A DNA stretch of 64,000 nt, from assembly GCA_037447605.1 (NCBI GenBank), contig CM074812.1, positions 3,224,001-3,288,000 on the forward strand, in the 5' to 3' direction. This DNA comes from Zygnema circumcarinatum SAG 698-1b (Eukaryota > Plantae > Zygnematophyceae). This document shows, piece after piece, positions 49,338-61,019 of the stretch (its first letter is position 1; every line of letters starts with the position of its first letter). The notes beneath the pieces are model-generated. The model was not told the origin of the DNA and made no database searches. It worked only from the letters and a program-made list of their open reading frames with translations. Both the position numbers and the translations under genes were made by a program.

Positions 49338-52300
49338 TCAGCAACAGTTAGAATTCCGCTCCCCAGACACTCCCTCCTTCCCTCTTCCGCCTCCATCTCC
49401 CCCTCCCTCTCCCTCTCCCTCTCCCTCTCCCTCTCCCCCTCCCTCTCCCTCTTCCTCTCCCTCTCCCTCCGCAACCCCCTCTCCATCGCCAGCCGCTTTA
49501 CTGGACCCCTCTACCTCTCCCTCCCCTTCTCCCTCACCGCCTCCCTTGGCCCCACTTTCCTCTCCCTCCCCCTCTCCCCCTCCTCTCCCCCCCCCGCTAC
49601 TTCCGCTTGCCGAGCCGGAGGAGGAGGAGGCGGGAGGCTCCGGCGGGAGGCTCGGGCCAGGTCGGGGCGGAGGGTCGGGAGGCTGCAACTCCACGTCCGG
49701 GTACGCGGCTCGGAAGCGTGCGCGCACCTCCGAATCGACTAGTCGCACACCTTCGAGCTGGTTGCCAAGGGATATCCACCTGCGGAATGATGCACCTTTA
49801 CCCCCGGCTCAGAAGGGGAGAGAGAAGGGACGAGAAGAAAAGAAAGGGAAGAAGGGGAGAGGGGGAGAAGGGGGAGAAGGGGGAGAAGGGGGAGAAGGGG
49901 GGCAAGGGGGAGAAGGGGGAGAAGGGNNNNNNNNNNGGGGAGAAGGGGGAGAAGGGAGAGAGGGGGAGAGGGGGGAGAGTGGGGAGAGGAGGGAGAGGGG
50001 GGAGAGGGGGTGGAGGGGGGGAGGCGGGAGGGGGGGAAAGGGAGAGAGCAGAAAGGACACGTTCCAAACTTGCGTCGAGGTAAAAGAAAAGTCGCGCTCG
50101 GCTCTCTCGACAATGGCTTATACTAGGGTTTCTTTTGAATTTTCTTTAGGGTATTTTTTTGACAGCACACAACACTGAGGCAGAAGGAGCAGGAGGTGAG
50201 GATTACCCTGCGTGAGTGTTGTGCATGCGAGCGAACATCTCCAACTTGCGCGTGTTGGGGCTCACTCGCTCTAGCAAGGGGTACATCTGCTAAAGCCACA
50301 GCCCAAAGCCGGAGCCACAACCGAGGCTCAGACGAATCCCTGGTGATCCCAATTCTCTCTCCACTCTCTCCTCCCTCTCCCTCTCCTGCTCTCCCTTTCC
50401 ATTGCCCCTCCGCCCCCCTGGTCTCCTTCGTCTTCAGTCCTCCCACCCCCCTCACTCTCCTTCCCTCCACCCTCCAATCCGTCCTCTCCACCCCTCCCTC
50501 TTTCCCGCTTTCCACTCCCTCCTTCCCCTTTCTCTCCCACTGACTCCTCCCTGCCTCTTCTCCCTCTCTTCCCTTCTCCTCCTTCTCTCCCTCCCCCCTT
50601 CTCTCTGCCTCGAGGTCCCTGCCTCCTCCCTTCCCCTCCCCTCCCTCCCTCCCTCTCCTCTACCTTCTCCCTTCCTCTTTCCTCCCTCGTCCCTCCCTCT
50701 CCCCTCCGCTTCCTCCCTCTCCCCTCGTCCCTCTCGTCCCCTCCCCCTTCCATCCCCCTTCCCCTCCCTCCCCTCTCCCTCCCTCCTTCCTTCTCCCTCC
50801 CTCTCCCCTGCTCCCCTCCCCTTTCCTCCCTCTCCCCCCCCCCTCCCCCACCCCACTTCTTTCTCCCCTCCTCCCCCTCCCTCCCCCAATCTCTCCCTCC
50901 CCTCCTCCCCCTCCCTCCCCCAATCCCTNNNNNNNNNNGGGGAGAAGGGGGAGAAGGGAGAGAGGGGGAGAGGGGGGAGAGTGGGGAGAGGAGGGAGAGG
51001 GGGGAGAGGGGGTGGAGGGGGGGAGGCGGGAGGGGGGAAAGGGAGAGAGCAGAAAGGACACGTTCCAAACTTGCGTCGAGGTAAAAGAAAAGTCGCGCTC
51101 GGCTCTCTCGACAATGGCTTATACTAGGGTTTCTTTTGAATTTTCTTTAGGGTATTTTTTTGACAGCACACAACACTGAGGCAGAAGGAGCAGGAGGTGA
51201 GGATTACCCTGCGTGAGTGTTGTGCATGCGAGCGAACATCTCCAACTTGCGCGTGTTGGGGCTCACTCGCTCTAGCAAGGGGTACATCTGCTAAAGCCAC
51301 AGCCCAAAGCCGGAGCCACAACCGAGGCTCAGACGAATCCCTGGTGATCCCAATTCTCTCTCCACTCTCTCCTCCCTCTCCCTCTCCTGCTCTCCCTTTC
51401 CATTGCCCCTCCGCCCCCCTGGTCTCCTTCGTCTTCAGTCCTCCCACCCCCCTCACTCTCCTTCCCTCCACCCTCCAATCCGTCCTCTCCACCCCTCCCT
51501 CTTTCCCGCTTTCCACTCCCTCCTTCCCCTTTCTCTCCCACTGACTCCTCCCTGCCTCTTCTCCCTCTCTTCCCTTCTCCTCCTTCTCTCCCTCCCCCCT
51601 TCTCTCTGCCTCGAGGTCCCTGCCTCCTCCCTTCCCCTCCCCTCCCTCCCTCCCTCTCCTCTACCTTCTCCCTTCCTCTTTCCTCCCTCGTCCCTCCCTC
51701 TCCCCTCCGCTTCCTCCCTCTCCCCTCGTCCCTCTCGTCCCCTCCCCCTTCCATCCCCCTTCCCCTCCCTCCCCTCTCCCTCCCTCCTTCCTTCTCCCTC
51801 CCTCTCCCCTGCTCCCCTCCCCTTTCCTCCCTCTCCCCCCCCCCTCCCCCACCCCACTTCTTTCTCCCCTCCTCCCCCTCCCTCCCCCAATCTCTCCCTC
51901 CCCTCCTCCCCCTCCCTCCCCCAATCCCTNNNNNNNNNNTCCCTCCCTCCCCTCCTCCCCCTCCCTCCCCCAATCCCTCCCTCCCCCCACAACGCACCTC
52001 GTCCGGCTTGCGAGAGGTCTCCCGCACTTCGGCTACGAGCACATCTGTGTCCAGGTGGCGGTTCAGGAGTGGTCTGCCCTTCACGCCAACGAGGCAATGC
52101 TCTTTGGAGTGGTTCAGCCAATGGCCGGTCCGCCCTGTGCGGATAATGCGCTGCAGCTGATTGGTCTTCACCCATATCACCTCCTCCACTCGCTGGTAAC
52201 CCCACAGCTCAAGACTGCCCCTCTCCCACACCCCCTCTCTCCCTCTCTCTCGTCAGACCGAATGCAGGGCCACTTCTCTACCTCGGTTTGCCCCCTATCT

Positions 52301-53052
52301 CCTCTCTCTCGCACTCTCACCATGCAGTGAGAATTTTAGGATTTTTAGCCATACGGAAATCGGGTTTCGGTATTGGGTTAGGGATAGGACGAGTCTCGAC
52401 GGAGTCACATGTGTCACCCGTGACGGAAGTAGAACAGAACGGAACTGAACAGGATGTGACAGGACAGAATTGAAGCGAACTGGATAGAACAGAAGAGGAT
52501 GGTGCACCCCGTACGATCATCCATACTATTATAATAATCCAAGAAAATGAAATTTTGTACTGTACCGTAGATTTGTAGGAGACCCATACAGATGCTACGG
52601 TATGCCAGAATGCTTTTGGCCCACTTCTGAACACTTTTTTTGAGCATGCTAAAAAGGATGGTCTCCTTTAGAGGGACAAGTAACGGATATCATACTGTAT
52701 AGCTCGAGCTGCTTAAACTTTAAGGAATTGCAGATAGCAAACTCAACACAGTTCTGTAGGAGGGCGACGGATATATGGAGTCCGAATCATTGTTGTGTTA
52801 TTCACATCTCCAATGAAACGGCGAAAAAGGAGTGTCTATTGCTTAAGATTGGGAAAACTGCTCCCAGGCCACGTGCCTCATCCGCATTCGCTTGAACTTT
52901 CACAAAGAAAAACACAAGGGTGAGTTATGGATGAAGGAATGCCACGTGGCAACGTACCATTCGCGGCCGAGCTCCATAGCTCGCCCCGTCACCCACAGGA
53001 AGATGAGGCCGTCCGTTTGCAAGGCCTGCATCTCATTGACCGATATCAGTAC

Positions 53053-53099
<47 letters not shown>

Positions 53100-53222
53100 G
53101 TACAGGGTCGAGAAAGGAAGCAGATAGAGCGAGAAGGGAAAGGGAGATGGAATTAGGAGTGGAAAAAAAAAAAGCCTCGGCATAGAAAGACAGAATACAA
53201 CAGTGTGAAGAGAAAGAGTCAC

Positions 53223-53292
<70 letters not shown>

Positions 53293-54098
53293 AGAAATTA
53301 AATGTGACGACCGTAAGACTGAAATGGAACTGAACGGTTAACGGAACGGTTAACAGTGGACTTACCGGCACGTTAAGGTTGCGCATCTCGTCATCTGCCA
53401 TAGTTCCGTACGGCAGTTCCATGTGAATGTCCCACGGAGGGTCCGCCATAATCACTCCAAACTGCCCCAAAATATCCATCCGAAAATTTCGAATATCGCA
53501 ATTTATCCACTGCGGCTCTCCGAGTTCCGCTGCAGAGCAATATTCCGGCCGCCGATTTCTGCCCTGTCCGGGCAGGTAACCAAAATTTTGGGGTCCGAGT
53601 TGACCCATCATCATCATAGGTGGAATATCGGGAGTGGGGTCAAGCTCGTAGTGAACATATTTACAGGTCTGCATGAGGGGACAACCCTTTGAGGGAGATC
53701 AGAACGAATGACTAACATCAGATTGAGAGAGGGAGACAAGTGACTAGTCAAATGACTAGACTTGTTGTCAATGATGATGGTAGAATAGAACAACACCTTC
53801 ATGTGGCGACACGTGTCGAGGAAGGAGCAGTCACCGAGGGTTGTGTCTGTATGGGGAGCGATGATACGGCGAAAATGCATCTGCAGAGACTCCATTTCAG
53901 TGAGAGAGGACTCTCACATACTCCCCTCCCACTGCCCACAGTGGTTTTCCCTCTAAACAATGGGGCAGAACAGTCGAGGAGTCGAACTACTCGCATACAG
54001 ACGTTAAAGATAACGTGATGAAAGTGTTTGATTGATGGAGAGAGCGAGGAAGAGTGGCAAGAGGAGACCAAAACAGCGACAGTGGAAGTGAGAAAGTA

Positions 54099-54193
<95 letters not shown>

Positions 54194-56611
54194 ACCTTTT
54201 CACAGGCGACAAAGGATCGGTGCTCGCGGCGACAATCATCTTTTGTAAGGTCCGGGCAGTACTCCTTTAGAGAAGCTCCTCCCTTCGTTTTGAACTGTAT
54301 GTGCGTGACAGAGAAACAATGTAGGTGAGAGAGAAAGAGAGAGAGAGAGAGAGAGCATTGACCATGTATGGAGGCAATTTAAAAAAGTGGAGAAGGAGAG
54401 GGGGAACTTCTGCAGACTTTCCCTTCCTATCTGTGAGGCCTCTTCAAGGTACCTCATCACCCTCTCTCACTCTCTCACTCTCTCTCACTCTCTCACTCTC
54501 TCACAACTATACCTAACTATAACGCTATCTCACACACGATCCGTTCAAAACAATAGCGCTTCTATCGCTTCAGCACAACAAAAAATGAAAAAAAAACTTC
54601 CAAAACCGTTACTTCTGACATCCCAGAGTTTTTCCGATGCACAGTTTAGTCATAGTTTTGGTTTTGACAACCATTGTGACCTTCACCACCACAATACAGA
54701 TTCAAGTTTGCCTTCTACACTTACGTTTTCGACGCTGTCAAATCTACAGAACCACTTATCTTCATTATGAAATCTATCAAATTTATCTGCCAACACAGTA
54801 GCTGAACCTGAGTTCACCATTTCCTTCCCAATCTCCTCTCAGTCTCCCCTCCCACCTCTCCCCTTCCTCCCTCCCTCCCTCTCTCCCTCCCTCCCTCGCT
54901 CCCTCGCTCCCTCGCTCCGTCCCCTCTCCCTCCCTCCCTCCCTCCCTCCCTCGCTCCGTCCCCCCTCCCTCCCTCCCTCCCTCCCTCCCTCCCTCCCTCC
55001 CTCCCTCCCTCCCTCCCTTCCCCGCTCCTTGCCTCCCTCCCTTCCTTCACCCCACTCACCTTCCCTCCATCCCTCCATCCCTCCATCCCTCCCTCCCTCC
55101 CTCCCTCTCCCTCTCACCTTCTCTGCCACAGCCGTCTCCTTAGCCGTGGGTTTCTGCAGCAGCTGCAGAAGCTCTTCCCCCGACTTCGACTTCTCCTTCT
55201 CCTTGAACGACTTCTTCGACAGCAGCGCCTGCAGCCCTTTCGCCGTCTCACCTTCTCTTCCCTCCCTCCCTTCGCCTCTCCCTCCCCTGCCACCCCCACT
55301 CCCTCCCTCTCGCTGCATCCCCATTGGCCCACCAGCGCCAGGTGGCATCCCAGGGCGCATCGGGCTAAATCCACCGCCCAACGGAACGGGGAACGCATGT
55401 GAATGCCCGGGAAAGGGAGGCGGATGAGGAAGCCTCTGAAAAGGGGGCATCCCTCCAAAGGGAGCGCGCATATTCGGACCCCCATTACCTGCAAACCCTA
55501 AAATCCTCCCTCCCCCTCCTCCTCCTCCCCCTCCTCCTCCTCCCCCTCCTCCTCCTCCTCCTCCTCCTCCTCCTCCTCCTCCTCCTCCTCCTCCGCGCAT
55601 GTGACCTATCATGTGTCCGGGAGCACCACCCATCCCCATTCCAGCTGGCAGCCCCCTAGGACCCACGGAGCCCATAAAGGGTATAGGGACCAATGGGAGT
55701 CCTCCGCTAGGAGATACCGGCAGCTCCCCATTCATTGAATCTGGCTCCATTTCCGGCACTTCCTCCTCCCCTATCTGAACCCCTCCCCCTGCCCCTCCCC
55801 CTCCTCCTTCTCCTCTTCCTCCTCCTCCTCCTCTTCTAACCCCTTCTGCCGTCAGTTCGAGCTCTGCGGAAAGCCGGCTCCGATCAAACTCCACAACCAT
55901 GAGATGGGTTTTTCCACTCACTACAAAATCTTCCACTTTCACTGAAGCTTGGGGGCCCTCCGAAAGCGATCGAATTGCCCTCTCTACCGCAGCATTGGGG
56001 CCTCCCTCTCCGCCGAGCTCAAGAAGAGCATCCCGATCGCCAGTTGTCAGACTCGCATTGATCCTCCTCAGCAGCCCCGCAGCATCCAAATAGTCCTTAG
56101 TGGAGGAAGACATCAAACAGATCGCTACGAGCCTCCGTACGATCTCGATAGGGCTTCCCGGCTTCCTCTCTACTGCCTCTTCAGGAGCCCCACGTGGACA
56201 AAACGCATGTCCAGATTCAGAATCCCTCCCTCCTCCCTGCTCGCCGCTGAAGCCGTTCAGCTCCTCCCCCCCAATGGCGCTCCCCCCCCGCCCGTTCTCT
56301 GTCCTGACGGATGACGCTGAATTGGGAGCATGGAACGGAGCGGAGGGTGAAGGAGAGGGGGAGGTTTCTGGGTCGGAGGAGAAGCCCGCGCGGGTCCTGC
56401 GGAAGGCGGTGGCTTCCGTGTGATGGAGGGAGAAGGATAAGGAGAGGCCTCTCCCTCCCTCTCCCTCTCCCTCTCCCTCTCTCGCTGCGGGAGAGCCGTC
56501 CTCCTGCAGGAAAGCGGCGGAGCCTGCTCGTCGGCGGCCCTCCAGCCGCTGTCGGAGGCGGCTGCGCTCCTCGCGGAGACGGGAAATTTCGTCGTGCTCG
56601 TCCCGCGACAT
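49338..56611 (-). CDS. MTA: mRNA m6A methyltransferase MTA/METTL3, 8 exons (56611-55118, 54294-54196, 53880-53797, 53668-53366, 53025-52958, 52214-51998, 51287-51208 [duplicate at 50286-50207], 49779-49338)
   Basis: [28 protein letters not shown] (plant MTA motif), CCCH zinc fingers, catalytic [81 protein letters not shown] and WISLGNQL. All junctions are GT-AG and in phase. Confidence 0.97.
49926..51929. repeat. Tandem 1001-bp duplication containing MTA exon 7, bounded by 10-N gaps
   Basis: Apparently identical sequence at a 1001-bp offset (ORFs 50123..50515 and 51124..51516 are identical). Confidence 0.9.
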
Positions 56612-56699
56612 TGAATTTTCCTCTCAAATCCTCTCTTTCGGGAAAAAAAATGAGCTTTACAAGGAAAGAAATTAGGGTCAGGGTTTAGGGAATGGGTTA

Positions 56700-56922
56700 G
56701 AGTTCGGGTGAGGGTTAGGGTAAAGGTTAGGGTTAGGGTTAGGGTTAGGGTTAGGGTTAGGGTTAGGGTTAGGGTTAGGGTTAGGGTTAGGGTTAGGGTT
56801 AGGGTTAGGGTTAGGGTTAGGGTTTGGGTTAGAGTTAGGGTCAGGGTCAGGGTTAGGATTAGGGGCAGGGTTAAGGTTAGGGTTAGGGTTAGGGTTAGGG
56901 TTAGGGTTAGGATTAGGGTTTG
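56700..56922 (+). repeat. (TTAGGG)n array immediately 5' of MTA
   Basis: About 15 perfect hexamers (about 56726-56820) plus degenerate flanks, about 90 nt upstream of the MTA ATG. Confidence 0.93.
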
Positions 56923-57791
56923 GACGGAAAGGGAGAATTAGTCTGCGCTACGTGGGGGAGAGTTGGGGAGAGCGGGCGAGGGAGAGGAAGAGGGACATGG
57001 AAAAGGGAAGATCCAGCTGAAACTGTAACAGTAACTATATCTGGAACTGTATACATGAAATCCAAGTCAGGTGCGGGAGGGAGAGAAACAGAGAGAGGGA
57101 AAGCGGGGGGGTCTGCGAGGAAGGAAGGGACAAGGAAGTGGGCATGGAAGAGAGAAGAGAGGAAGAAGAATAGACAGAGAGACAGGGAGAGAGAGAGAGA
57201 GAGGGAGAGGGAGAGGGACAGACAGAGAGTGGGTGTGAGAGATGGAGAGGGAGGGGGGAGAGAGAGAGACAGCGGGAGGGGGGGAGAGAGTCGAGAGAGA
57301 GAGAGAGGGGGGTGGGGGTGGGGGTGGGGGGGGAGAGACGGGTGCGCAGAGCCCTAGCAGCCCCTAGCGCGGCATTCCCCGGCCGCCATGGATCCCCGCG
57401 GAGAGGTTCCCCTCTGCACCATGTCGTCCCCCGGTCCACGCGGTTCCATGCGCGCTGCTCCGTTCCACATAACGCAGAACTGGCGCTGCTTTCCATGATC
57501 GCACCACATCCCATGTCGTGTTGAAAAAAAACGTACGGGTTCGGCACCAATGAGGGCTTGCGACGTAGGACAAAATATGCACAGATCGGACCATTAGACA
57601 AACCAGTCGACTGGTTGGCAACCAGTGGTTGCGGACCGAAACAACCATTCGACTGGTTGCCAACCAGTGCCGCCGGATCGAAACAACCATTCGACTGGTT
57701 GCCAACCAGTGGCATCCACTGGTTCCAAACCAGTCGACTGGTTGCCAACCAGTGCCGCCGGATCGAAACAACCATTCGACTGGTTGCCAAC

Positions 57792-58223
57792 TAGGGTTGG
57801 GGGCACGGGGCACGGGCATGCCCGGGGGGGGGGCATGCCCCCCATTTTTGACCGTCCGTGCCCGGGGCACGCCTCCAAAAATTTTCCCCATATATTTCGT
57901 GCCCCCCCGTGCCCCCTGTCACGTGACGCTTACCTCGTACGACCAGGCCCGGGCCGGTGACGATTGTTGTGTTGAGTACTGTCCGTACTTTTCATATTTT
58001 CCCGTACATGTGTACCTTTATCCGTACGTTTAGTACATTCATCTATACTTTCTGTACCTTCATCCGTACCGTTTTTAAAATAGTATATTCTTTTTGGGAC
58101 CGATTTGAATTGCTCAATGCAGTCACGTCACGGGGCACGAAAAAGGGGCATGCCCCCCCCCCAAGGGGGGGGGGGCACGTGCCCCTGGGCACGGGTCGGA
58201 GGGGGACCGTGCCCCCAACCCTA
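57792..58223. mobile_element. Non-autonomous hAT-type MITE (432 bp)
   Basis: 17-bp TIR TAGGGTTGGGGGCACGG...CCGTGCCCCCAACCCTA; perfect 8-bp TSD TTGCCAAC (57784-57791, 58224-58231). Confidence 0.93.
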
Positions 58224-58418
58224 TTGCCAACCAGTGCCGCCGGATCGAAACAACCATTCGACTGGTTGCGAACCAGTGGCGCAGGACTGAAACAACCATT
58301 CGACTGGTTCGGAACCAGTGATCCAATGGTTGGCAACCATTGAATTTCTGAAATTATGCCTTTTTGCAAAAATGGGCCGTATGTGTTTTTTGGTGGGTTG
58401 CCAACCGTTGACAACTAG

Positions 58419-58563
58419 TGTAACAAGCCTGATGCGTACAAATGCGTACGGATCCGTACCGCCGATTCGTACGGATGTACGGAGATTCTGTACGGCTGAA
58501 CCGTAATAGTTTTCTCCGAAACGCCGACGGCATTTTGGTAACTGTAGCGTTCAGTTCGCTACA
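58419..58563. mobile_element. Solo LTR (145 bp)
   Basis: TGTAACA...TTCGCTACA with 5-bp TSD ACTAG (58414-58418, 58564-58568); termini match the TRIM LTRs at 59861. Confidence 0.82.
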
Positions 58564-59860
58564 ACTAGTGATTTAATGGTTGCCAACCATTTGATTTAAT
58601 GGATATTACCATTCGACTGGTTGCCAACCAAGTGCCGCCAGATCGAAACAACCATTCGACTGGTTGCCAACCAGTGGTTGCGGACCGAAACAACCATTCG
58701 ACTGGTTGCCAACCAGTAGACGTCCAACCATTGCCATCCAATGGTTGTCCAATGGTTGCCGATCCACTGGTCCGAACTGTGAAAATATGCACGCGGCAAC
58801 CTGCAACTGGCTGACCTTCTGTGGATCTCGGTAGGGATACAGACGTAACGGATCCACTGTGAGCGGCACCGATTGGAGGGATCGGCATGGATCGAGATCA
58901 ACGGAAGAACCACGAGGAGCCAACCTGTCGCAGAGGGCCCAGGGACGCTACGAGGAACCATGCGCTGACCATTTGGTGTAGGCCCAACAACAACAACAAC
59001 AACAACACCACAAACGCGGCTCTAGACGCAGGTCTGGGCTCGAGCGCGCTCATGTTATGCGATGGCCAACATGGAGAGAGAGAGAGAGAAAGAGAGAAAG
59101 AGAGCGCTGCATGCAGCGCTTTTAGCAGCACAAGTGGTTGGCCTACTACTACATATACGAGTTAGCCCCCCCCTCAAAATGGGCTTAGGCCCGCCCTAAG
59201 CAAAAATCCTGGATCCGCCACAGAGCAACCCCACCGCTGTTCAGCGGAAGGGTTCAGGGTTCAGGGCCATGGAAAGCGCCTCCCGCCTTCAAGGGTATTG
59301 ACGACGTCTCATTTATTCCTTTGTTCCTTGTTATTGGTTCCGCACTCTCCTCAGTATGAGGTTGTCTCCTGAATGACCCTCCAGTTGCGGTTTCGTTTTG
59401 TTGTTTGTTGTTCGCTGGGCTCTTCGTTTACGACCATTTTGTTTGCCTTTACATGGTTCCGTTGGTTTGACAAAGCGTTGTTTTCTTGCCTTTATGTGCA
59501 TGACACGGCTGGCTGGTCACTTTCGGGCATTCTGTAGCCTATTGTTGGCTCTTGAGCGGTCCATGAGTTGTTCGATTGCATGGCACGTAGAACAGTCATG
59601 TCTGGGACGACCGCCAAAGCTCAAACTTTGGTGTTTCGACCTGTTCGACTGTTCGACTGTTCGATTGTTCGATTGTCCATGCATGGCCATGCTTGCATGG
59701 GGAGGGGAGGGCTTGGGAGATGATGGGAGGTGGGAAGGGCGGGCATGCAGTGACTGTGTTCGTGCACTGGTGTGTTACAGACCCCGTGAAGGAAGGGTAT
59801 GTGCACACATTCGCGATGTTAAACCTGATGAATTCATTTGAAACAAGTTGAACCACACAA

Positions 59861-60308
59861 TGTAACAAACCCGCCCCTGGCAGGGTTCGAACACAGGACC
59901 TCCCGGTACCCACCTAAGTGCTTTACCATTAAAAGGCAACCGCGGATGTAAGTACTAGGCCGTACAACACATGTATAGCGTTTCGCTACATTCCTCCCCA
60001 CCTAAACCGTGCTCGTCCTCGAGCACACAGCTCAAGGGTTTTCACGAGCTGCATTCAAGCTCCTTCAACACAGGCCCCCTCTGTACGGTTCAGACCCTCT
60101 GGCCAACAGTACCATGCTCGGAGATCACGGTGTTTTTAGGGTGGATCGCAAATACCGGGAATTAGGCTCTGATACCAATGTAACAAACCCGCCCCTGGCA
60201 GGGTTCGAACACAGGACCTCCCGGTACCCACCTAAGTGCTTTACCATTAAAAGGCAACCGCGGATGTAAGTACTAGGCCGTACAACACATGTATAGCGTT
60301 TCGCTACA
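59861..60308 (-). mobile_element. Intact TRIM (terminal-repeat retrotransposon in miniature), 448 bp, with tRNA-derived LTRs
   Basis: Two apparently identical 130-bp LTRs (59861-59990, 60179-60308; TGTAGCG...TGTTACA on the minus strand), PBS TGGTATCAGAGC (iMet) next to the 5' LTR, PPT AGGTGGGGAGGAA next to the 3' LTR, and a 5-bp TSD CACAA on both sides. Confidence 0.96.
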
Positions 60309-60789
60309 CACAATATTCGTTCTAGAGTATTTTCTCGGTTTGCGGATTCTATTAAGAACTTGTGGACATAGAGAAACAAATGTAACCACAAAACAAAACA
60401 AAACAACAAAACAAAAAAGTTCATGCTCCAATGCCAATTCGTTCAATAATATTTGAATTTGAAAGCTCAGTGGAATGGACTGAAATCTTCTTGAATGTCT
60501 TATTTGAATGTTTCAAAGGATGTATTTATGTAATTTTTCTTTTCGTGCATTTATTCATACAATGTTTCGGCGGCGCGGATGCGGCCGCTTCCCCCCTGCA
60601 CACCGGCACATTCTCCGTTGCATTGCGCGCCATGAGCATGCGCACGCACGCACGCGCCTGTTCAACACGGACAGTTCTGTCCGTACAGCCCTGAACCCTG
60701 CCGAGGCGAACCCAGACGTCCGTCTCCAACGCGACAAGAGCCGTACGGCGCATGCGTCCAAAACCCTCATCCACACGTACGGTACGGCC

Positions 60790-61010
60790 GACTCTGAACC
60801 CTAATTCTCTAAACCGAGCACCGTACTGCCTATTCTCAGCAAACCCTAAAACCACGACATCCTAAACCCTGTAAACACTGAAGTCCTTTAAACCCCAGGA
60901 TTCCTGAACACCTAAAACCCCTTAAACCCTAAAACCCAGAATACCTCCCCTACGCCCTTAAACCCCAGAACTCCTGAACCCCTGAAGTTGAGAGCAGCCC
61001 TAAACCGAGG
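60790..61010 (+). repeat. Degenerate AAACCCT telo-box tract upstream of the Lys-rich gene
   Basis: Multiple aaaccct(a/g)aa units just before the ATG at 61020. Confidence 0.65.
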
Positions 61011-61019
61011 GAGGGGCCC

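Larger units (their letters stand above)
57595..58770. repeat. About 42-bp-period array built on the palindrome TGGTTG(C/G)CAACCA, interrupted by two nested insertions
   Basis: Core at about 57612, 57654, 57696, 57739, 57781, 58263, 58305, 58327, 58577, 58618, 58660 and 58702; unit cgaaacaaccattcgactggttgccaaccagtg+9 nt. Confidence 0.88.

Noticed and set aside
57595-58770. CRISPR-like look of the palindromic 42-bp array (and the 43-bp array at 62427)
   Set aside because: Spacers are about 9 nt and themselves repeated or absent, there are no cas genes, and the context is eukaryotic.
59165-59225. Terminal motif AAATCCTGGATCCGCCACAG resembling a DNA-transposon end
   Set aside because: No partner TIR or TSD identified in the window.
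59871-59945. Functional tRNA gene in the TRIM LTR
   Set aside because: Anticodon and T stems are mismatched and the segment is duplicated as part of the LTRs; treated as tRNA-derived only.
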